Below, one piece after another: positions 57,466-63,023 of a DNA stretch of 63,023 nt. The notes below the pieces were generated by a model that was given only the letters and a program-made list of their open reading frames with translations, searched no databases and had not been told where the DNA came from. Origin of the DNA: Verrucomicrobiota bacterium. GTDB lineage: Bacteria; Verrucomicrobiota; Verrucomicrobiia; Limisphaerales; UBA11358. Within the stretch, counting starts at the first letter, position 1. Every line of letters begins with the position of its first letter. The translations under genes were made by a program, and so were the position numbers. The stretch covers positions 1-63,023 of the forward strand of contig JAGWMQ010000004.1 in NCBI GenBank assembly GCA_028873125.1. Reading direction: 5' to 3'.

Positions 57466-58112
57466 AATTTCGGTTCGCCGGGTTTGGGCGCGACCTCATG
57501 CCGCGCCACCGCTGCCGCCATTTCATCCGCAAAATTCCTGCGGTGCGCAAACAAAATCATCACCGCCAGAACAATCAGCAGCGTCGCCGCCAGCCCGCCG
57601 CCTTCGAACCACCAGCCGGCCACGGGCAGTCCGGCGAAGGCGAACATGGCCGGCAGAAAGGTTTTTCTCGAAGCGGCGAATCCGGCCAGAAACAGGACGG
57701 CAAACGTCAGGGCCAGCCGGTAATCGAGCAGCAACAGCGCGCCCAGCGCGGTGGCGACGCCCTTGCCCCCGCGGAAATGCAGCGGGGCGGGCCAGATGTG
57801 GCCGGCGACCGCGGCCAGCAACGCCAGCAGCGCGGGCAGGGGGGCGTCGCCGTTGAACTCGAAAGCCAGCCACACGGCCAGCGCGCCCTTGCTGAAATCG
57901 CCCAGCAAGGTGAAGAGAAAGCCGGACCGTCCCAGAACGCGGCCCACGTTGCGTGCGCCGGTGACGCCGCTGCCCAGTTCGCGGACGTCCCCGCCGGCGC
58001 GGAGGCGGACCAGCCAGTAGCCGGTCGAGAAGCAGCCCAGCAAATAGCCCGCCGCGGCGCATCCGGCCGCCCGGCTCCAGTTCACGGACTGCAAATGTTC
58101 GATCCAGACCAC
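57462..58112 (-). CDS. plsY: Glycerol-3-phosphate acyltransferase PlsY
   Basis: GSGVTGARNVGRVLG and FRGGKGVATALG motifs with 5-6 TM segments. Its stop overlaps the downstream start (ATGA). Confidence 0.9.
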   Translation of the reverse strand: MVWIEHLQSVNWSRAAGCAAAGYLLGCFSTGYWLVRLRAGGDVRELGSGVTGARNVGRVLGRSGFLFTLLGDFSKGALAVWLAFEFNGDAPLPALLALLAAVAGHIWPAPLHFRGGKGVATALGALLLLDYRLALTFAVLFLAGFAASRKTFLPAMFAFAGLPVAGWWFEGGGLAATLLIVLAVMILFAHRRNFADEMAAAVARHEVAPKPGEPKL

Positions 58113-58205
58113 GGGGCAATCGCGTTCCGATGAATTGAGGCAATCTTAACATAAGACGGACCTGCTGTGAATCAAAAATTTCGAGCCGCAAAATGCCGGG
58201 GGAGG

Positions 58206-58377
58206 CTCGACGATTTTGAAATCGCGCATCGGGACCATGAACTCCGCGTCGTCCGTAGCGCGGGCGTCCTCGCCGGTGGGTTCACCCGGCGTCTCGCGGG
58301 GTGTTGAGGCTGCTGGCGGCGAGACGCCGCCGCCACCCGCCGTCGGGACGACTGCGCTACGATTCATGGAAAGGCGG
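58206..58377 (+). repeat. About 170-bp structured dispersed repeat, copy B
   Basis: Counterpart of 49187-49359. Stem CGGCGTCTCGC (58287-58297) with GCGAGACGCCG (58319-58329). Accounts for track ORFs 58146..58391(-) and 58216..58536(+). Confidence 0.88.
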
Positions 58378-58411
58378 AGTGTTCTTGACAAACTCCTGCG
58401 CCGGATTAGGA

Positions 58412-59677
58412 ATGGAGGCGCAACCTGTCAAACTCGAGGCCATGCGCCGGCTGATTGTCAATCCCGGAACAGCAAGCGCCTGGGAAATTCCGCTCGCGCC
58501 GGGCGTGATCTCCCTGGGACGCAACGCGGAAAATAATTTTCCCATCGAACATGACTCCGTCTCGGGCGCGCATTGCCTGCTCACCGTGACTGACTCGGGC
58601 GTGCTCATCAAGGACATGGGTTCGACCAACGGAACTTTTGTCAACGACGCCCCGGCGGACGAAGCGGTCTTGTTGCCCGGCCAAACCCTCCGGCTGGGCG
58701 ACGTGCTGCTGCGGCTGGAGTCGGACGCCGAACCGACGGCGGCAATTCCATTGCCGGCCGGCGCCAAGGCGGACGCGCCCGCCGCGGCGTTTTGCAAGAT
58801 CCACCCCCGGGCGTTGGCGCGGTTGCATTGTCCGCGATGCCAGCGGAATTTCTGCGACGCCTGCGTGAGCATGAGGCAGGGCCGCACCTTCTGCCGCGCC
58901 TGCGGCGTGGAGTGCCAGCCGCTGGAAACGGCGCCGGCGTCTGCCGGACCCGAACCGTCGTTTTTCAGCATGGCGCGAGGCGCGTTTGCCTATCCACTCC
59001 AGGGCGACGGCGTGATTCTGCTGGTGGGCGGGACGATTTTTCTGCTGGTGATTGACGGGGCGAAGTATGTGCTGAGGTTCGTCCCTGGTTACGGATGGGT
59101 GCTTCTTCTTCTGCTGACGGTTTTTGGGACCGGTTATCTGGCGGCCTATCTGCGGCGGATTTTGACGGACACGGCCGCGGGCGAAAAAGCCATGCCCGAC
59201 TGGCCGGAATTCACGGATTTTAGTAGCATCACCTCGCCGTTTTTTCAACTGGTCGGCACGGTCGTCTTCAGTTTTGCCCCGGCGATTGCGCTGACAATTT
59301 ATGCGATGACGGCCAAGGAAGGCGGGGCGTGGCTGGGGTGGGCGACAACGGCGTGCATCCTTTTTGGATGCGCTTATTTTCCGATGGCCTTCACGGCAGT
59401 GGCGATGTTCGACTCGATCGGCGCAGTCAATCCGTTGTTGATCGTCCCGTCCATTTTGAGAATTCCGCTGGAGTATTTGTTCACGGTGGCGTTGTTCGCC
59501 GTCATTCTGCTCGTGCGCTGGTTGGGCCGGACTTTTTTGCCGGACATTTTGCCGGTGCCGGTGTTGCCCGCGGTTCTGTCTGGTCTGCTCGGATTGTATT
59601 TGCTGGCGGTCGAGGTGCGCGTCCTCGGCCAGTTGTACTGGGCGAAAAAGGGCGAATTAGGCTGGTTCAGGCGGTGA
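58412..59677 (+). CDS. FHA domain / B-box-like zinc ribbon / polytopic membrane protein
   Basis: FHA (ISLGRNAENNFPIEHDSVSGAHCLL...GSTNGTFVN). Cys/His cluster FCKIHP...HCPRCQRNFCDACVSMRQGRTFCRACG. About 6 TM helices with a DUF4013-like PDWPEF loop. Start at ATG 58412 or 58442. Confidence 0.85.
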   Translation: MEAQPVKLEAMRRLIVNPGTASAWEIPLAPGVISLGRNAENNFPIEHDSVSGAHCLLTVTDSGVLIKDMGSTNGTFVNDAPADEAVLLPGQTLRLGDVLLRLESDAEPTAAIPLPAGAKADAPAAAFCKIHPRALARLHCPRCQRNFCDACVSMRQGRTFCRACGVECQPLETAPASAGPEPSFFSMARGAFAYPLQGDGVILLVGGTIFLLVIDGAKYVLRFVPGYGWVLLLLLTVFGTGYLAAYLRRILTDTAAGEKAMPDWPEFTDFSSITSPFFQLVGTVVFSFAPAIALTIYAMTAKEGGAWLGWATTACILFGCAYFPMAFTAVAMFDSIGAVNPLLIVPSILRIPLEYLFTVALFAVILLVRWLGRTFLPDILPVPVLPAVLSGLLGLYLLAVEVRVLGQLYWAKKGELGWFRR

Positions 59678-59685
59678 ATTCAGAT

Positions 59686-60846
59686 TCATCGCGGACGCAA
59701 CAGCCTCCCGACTTTTTCCATTTTTTCGACGTCGCTCTCGTTGATTTTCGGCACCGGATTTGTCAACACGATGAAGTCGTGCTTGTCGGGGAGACCCGCC
59801 CATTTCGCCTCCAGCCAGGCGATCCGGCGGTCCAGGGATGGATGGCTGTCGAAGGCCGATCCCTTTTGCGAGAGGCCTTTCGCCGATTCGTAATTCCTGA
59901 GCTTCTGAAATATGTCAATCATCCCATGCGGGTTGATGTGCGCCGCCACCAGGTAATCCCAGCCCACGTCGTCGGCCTCGCGTTCGTATTCCTGAGAGAA
60001 GCTTTCATAAACGAGTTTCTCGGACGGATACGCCAGCGCCTCGAGCAAACGGCTCCGTCCGCCCATGAAAATCCGGAGTATGAAGACCGGACCCTCGCCA
60101 GCGATCAAATGCCGGAAGGCGTGCCTTCGAGTCACGTGCGCCGTCTCGTGCGCGATGACGCCCAGCAATTCGTCGGGACCGCCGGCCAATCTCAGCAACC
60201 CGGTGGTGACGACGATGTGACCGCCCGGCAGGGCAAAGGCATTGGGCGACGGATCGGTCAAGATGTGGAAGTGGAACGGGACCTTTTTCACGGGAATGGC
60301 GCGCAGGAGCGGCTGTGCCAGGGCGGTCAATTGCGCCACCGCGTTGGAGTCCTCCACAAACGGGAGTTTCGCCTCCAGCTTTCCCATCAGCGAATCGCCC
60401 GTCTTGATCTCCCAGGCCGGCGGGATTTCGTTGACGAAGGAGCGCACCATCGCGCCGGCCGCCAGCGAGCCCAGCCAGGCCACCAGGCCGCACCCGGCGA
60501 AAAAATAAACCGTCAAACGGATCCGGCGCATGAGTTCCCGGCGGCCCAATTCGGCCTCCAACTGGCGCCTCAGGTCGCGCGATTGCACGAAGGAGGCGCA
60601 CGCAAGAACGGAATCGTCCTCGGTGAAAAGACTCAAGGCGGGCTGTCGCCTGTCCCGGAAATAAATCCGCGCGTCCCTTCGGCGGCCCAGTTTGACCTCG
60701 ATCTGATCCAGCGGAATTTCCAATTCAGCCGACGCCGAACGGAACTGCAGCCGCCAGCGGTCCACGGAAAGTTTTCCCGGAACGGCCGGAGAGTCCCGGT
60801 CCGTGTGGGCCAGAAATGCCTCGAACTCTGGGTTTTCGACTGGCAT
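59686..60846 (-). CDS. M48-family zinc metallopeptidase with an N-terminal cytoplasmic extension and a TM anchor
   Basis: HETAHVTRRH (HExxH), EREADDVG, SHPSLDRRI. ATG 60846 within ORF 59686..61161. The upstream part of the track ORF is translated repeat DNA. Confidence 0.87.
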   Translation of the reverse strand: MPVENPEFEAFLAHTDRDSPAVPGKLSVDRWRLQFRSASAELEIPLDQIEVKLGRRRDARIYFRDRRQPALSLFTEDDSVLACASFVQSRDLRRQLEAELGRRELMRRIRLTVYFFAGCGLVAWLGSLAAGAMVRSFVNEIPPAWEIKTGDSLMGKLEAKLPFVEDSNAVAQLTALAQPLLRAIPVKKVPFHFHILTDPSPNAFALPGGHIVVTTGLLRLAGGPDELLGVIAHETAHVTRRHAFRHLIAGEGPVFILRIFMGGRSRLLEALAYPSEKLVYESFSQEYEREADDVGWDYLVAAHINPHGMIDIFQKLRNYESAKGLSQKGSAFDSHPSLDRRIAWLEAKWAGLPDKHDFIVLTNPVPKINESDVEKMEKVGRLLRPR

Positions 60847-60897
60847 GCGCACCTGCGATTGACGGTTGGCGGGCAGCCCGCCCAAACCAACCGGCGT

Positions 60898-60930
60898 GAA
60901 TCGTAAATCCGGCGATGAAAATCGTAAACC
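60898..60930 (+). repeat. Two AATCGTAAATC-type units in the M48/dnaX divergent spacer
   Basis: GAATCGTAAATCC (60898-60910) and AAAATCGTAAACC (60918-60930). Confidence 0.8.
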
Positions 60931-61074
60931 ATGGATTTGTCCTTGAAGCCGCGCGCCGGCTGCGGCAGACTTTCTTTCGCCAGGGCCCATGGAATGTGGA
61001 CTTACGAACCCCGCCAGGGCCGGAAGGCAGCAACGGTAGTTTGCTCGACATCTGCCGTGGTCGCCCTGGCCTTT

Positions 61075-61147
61075 GAATTTACGATTTATGATTTGCGATT
61101 GACGATTGGCACCGAAAAGCCGACGCGCGCGTAAATCGAAAATCGTG
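61075..61147. repeat. Cluster of inverted and direct AATCGTAAATC-type units just upstream of dnaX
   Basis: GAATTTACGATTTATGATTTGCGATTGACGATTGG (61075-61109, opposite orientation) and GCGTAAATCGAAAATCGTG (61129-61147) ending 8 nt before the dnaX ATG. Confidence 0.8.
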
Positions 61148-61154
61148 TATCTAA

Positions 61155-62927
61155 ATGTCATACCAAGTCATTGCACGCAAATACCGGCCGCAACGGTTTG
61201 CCGATGTGGTGGGGCAGGAGCACGTCACCCGGACGCTGGCCAATGCGGTCGCCCAAAAACGCATCGCGCACGCCTACCTCTTTTGCGGCCCGCGCGGCAC
61301 CGGCAAGACCACCATCGCCCGGATTTTCGCCAAATGTCTGAACTGCGCCGGCGGGCCGAAGATTGATTTTGACGACCAGGACCCGCGCTGCGTCGAAATC
61401 GCCGAGGGACGTTCGCTCGACGTGCTGGAGATTGACGGCGCCAGCAACAACGGCGTCGAGCAGGTGCGCGAGCTGCGCGAGACCTGCAAATACGCCCCCG
61501 CCAATTCCCAGTTCAAGATCTACATCATTGACGAAGTGCACATGCTCTCGACGGCGGCCTTCAACGCGCTGCTCAAGACGCTCGAAGAGCCGCCGGCGCA
61601 CGTGAAATTCATGTTCGCCACCACGGACCCCGAAAAAGTCCTGCCGACCATCCTTTCGCGCTGCCAGCGGTTTGATTTGCGCCGCATCCCCGCCGCCCTC
61701 ATCGTCAAATACCTCGCCCACATCGCGAAGAAGGAAAAGGTGAAGGTTGACGAGGCCGCGCTCCACGCCATCGCCCGCGGGGCCGACGGCGGGATGCGGG
61801 ACGCCGAATCCACACTCGACCAGTTGATCAGCTTTTGCGGGGACAAAATCGAGGAAAGCGACGTGCTCTCGATGTTCGGCCTGGCCGCGCAGCGGCAGAT
61901 TCTTGCCCTGAGCGGCGCCGTGTTGAGCGGCGAAATCCAGACCGCCCTGACGCTGCTGAACGATCTGGCGCAGAACGGCAAGGACCTGGGCCGCCTGCTT
62001 TCCGATTTGCTGGGCCATGTCCGCAACCTGCTCATCTTTCAAGTCTCGCGTGGCGATTTGAGCCTGCTGGAAGTGTCCGAGGCCGAGATCGGCGCGCTGA
62101 AGGAACAATCCGCCAAAGCCGATGCGGATTCACTCACGCGAATTCTCGAAACACTCGCCGAGGCCGAACTGAGTTTGCGCGACGCCACGTCCCGGAAAAT
62201 CCTGCTCGAAGTGGCGCTGCTCAAAGCCATCGAAGCGCGCAAGGCCGCGCCGATTGACGCCGTGTTAAAACAGTTGAACCAGTTGCGCGGCGGTCGGGGA
62301 AACGCAGGCTCGTCCATTGTGCCGAAACCGGCTTGCGGCGCTTCGGCTGCCCCGGAGCCGGGCGACGAGGCGGCAAGCGTCCTCCAGGCCCGGGAGGTTC
62401 ACGGCATTCATCCTGTCCGGCAGGCACCCGCCACACCGGCGCCGCCCACAGAGGTTGCGCCCGTTTCCGCGGATTTGGCCGGCATTTGGACCAAGCTCAT
62501 TGAAGCAGTCGGGCGAGTCAGCCCCTTCACGCGCAGCTACCTCGTGGACGCCCATCCGGTTTCCTTTGAGAAGGGCACCTTGGTCATCGGCTTCGATCCC
62601 GAATTTGAAGACCATCTGGGTCTCGTGGACAACGCGCGGAACCACACGCTGCTCCAGACCAAGCTGACGGAACTGGGACATGCAAATTGCCGAGTCAAAT
62701 TCGTCAGGGCCGGAGCGCCGGCGAACCCGCCGTCGGCGGTCGGAAGCCCCTCGCGTCCGGAAGCCGGAACCGATGCAGCGGCAAAACCTCCGCAGCCTGG
62801 GCCTGCGGCGGCCCGGGTCAAACAAGCGCCGCCGTCCCCGCCTGGCAAAAATGATTTCAAGGACGATCCGCTGATTCAGAAGGCGCTGGAGATCTTCAAA
62901 GGCCGGATTGTCGAAGTGCGGGCCTGA
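61155..62927 (+). CDS. dnaX: DNA polymerase III subunit gamma/tau
   Basis: GPRGTGKTT Walker A, IIDEVHMLS, SRCQRFDL sensor motif, Pro/Ala-rich linker and tau C-terminal domain. Confidence 0.95.
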   Translation: MSYQVIARKYRPQRFADVVGQEHVTRTLANAVAQKRIAHAYLFCGPRGTGKTTIARIFAKCLNCAGGPKIDFDDQDPRCVEIAEGRSLDVLEIDGASNNGVEQVRELRETCKYAPANSQFKIYIIDEVHMLSTAAFNALLKTLEEPPAHVKFMFATTDPEKVLPTILSRCQRFDLRRIPAALIVKYLAHIAKKEKVKVDEAALHAIARGADGGMRDAESTLDQLISFCGDKIEESDVLSMFGLAAQRQILALSGAVLSGEIQTALTLLNDLAQNGKDLGRLLSDLLGHVRNLLIFQVSRGDLSLLEVSEAEIGALKEQSAKADADSLTRILETLAEAELSLRDATSRKILLEVALLKAIEARKAAPIDAVLKQLNQLRGGRGNAGSSIVPKPACGASAAPEPGDEAASVLQAREVHGIHPVRQAPATPAPPTEVAPVSADLAGIWTKLIEAVGRVSPFTRSYLVDAHPVSFEKGTLVIGFDPEFEDHLGLVDNARNHTLLQTKLTELGHANCRVKFVRAGAPANPPSAVGSPSRPEAGTDAAAKPPQPGPAAARVKQAPPSPPGKNDFKDDPLIQKALEIFKGRIVEVRA

Positions 62928-63023
62928 CCAAGGACGGCGCCGGCTGTTCAGGCGGCAGCAAGGCTCAAAGGCCCGGCCGCCGACCTTCATCCCGGGTCAA
63001 CACGGGGCGACGACTCCCGCAAA

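Noticed and set aside
49187-58377. Composite transposon or genomic island bounded by the two ~170-bp repeats.
   Set aside because: The repeats are direct, not inverted. No transposase, integrase or target-site duplication was seen. The enclosed genes include the essential plsY. The element looks like a multi-copy intergenic hairpin repeat.
61632-61640. GAAAAAG in dnaX as a possible programmed -1 frameshift site producing the gamma subunit.
   Set aside because: In the dnaX frame it reads GAA AAA GTC, not the X XXY YYZ pattern. It also lies in the N-terminal ATPase domain, far upstream of where gamma termination occurs in E. coli. No downstream hairpin was noticed.

Overview
This is a 63-kb, visibly GC-rich chromosomal segment. 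Three things suggest a Verrucomicrobiota/PVC-type environmental bacterium, which is an inference and not a database result: a pseudopilin-like protein with a prepilin N-terminus and an H-X9-DG C-terminus, a TIGR03435-type domain, and several families of GC-rich hairpin repeats. I can support about 52 protein-coding loci, 4-5 of them decayed. I saw no rRNA, tRNA or CRISPR array. The backbone is housekeeping: phosphohexomutase, an orphan nuoA, uvrD/pcrA, a PLD-type cardiolipin synthase, DsbD plus a TlpA-like redoxin, an RluA-type synthase, rnhC, mutY overlapping a cysteine desulfurase, mscS, tmk, cysS, gltA, sucCD, plsY and dnaX. The accessory and regulatory blocks are: (1) a membrane-tethered ECF sigma fused to a TIGR03435 domain, next to a pseudopilin-like gene and a phosphoesterase; (2) a pectinesterase/esterase pair; (3) a four-gene signalling block (PAS-PAS kinase, NarL-type RR, PocR/AraC, lone receiver), followed by two secreted Cys-cluster mini-proteins and a CusCBA-type HME-RND efflux operon; (4) a decayed islet downstream of cusA (LysR fragment, RM-like fragment, frameshifted small gene plus DUF2283) that ends in a 21-bp-phased repeat array; (5) a GH38-like hydrolase divergent from a frameshifted Gfo/Idh/MocA gene and a GPH transporter; (6) plsY coupled to an acyltransferase-aminotransferase fusion; (7) an FHA/zinc-ribbon membrane protein tail-to-tail with an M48 peptidase. 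Most other long ORFs in the supplied track are antisense or out-of-frame shadow ORFs typical of high-GC DNA. The best follow-up candidates are the Cys-cluster proteins in front of cusCBA, the plsY-linked fusion enzyme, the 21-bp repeat array, the sigma-TIGR03435 fusion, and the dispersed repeat families. All family names come from motif recognition by eye and no searches were run.
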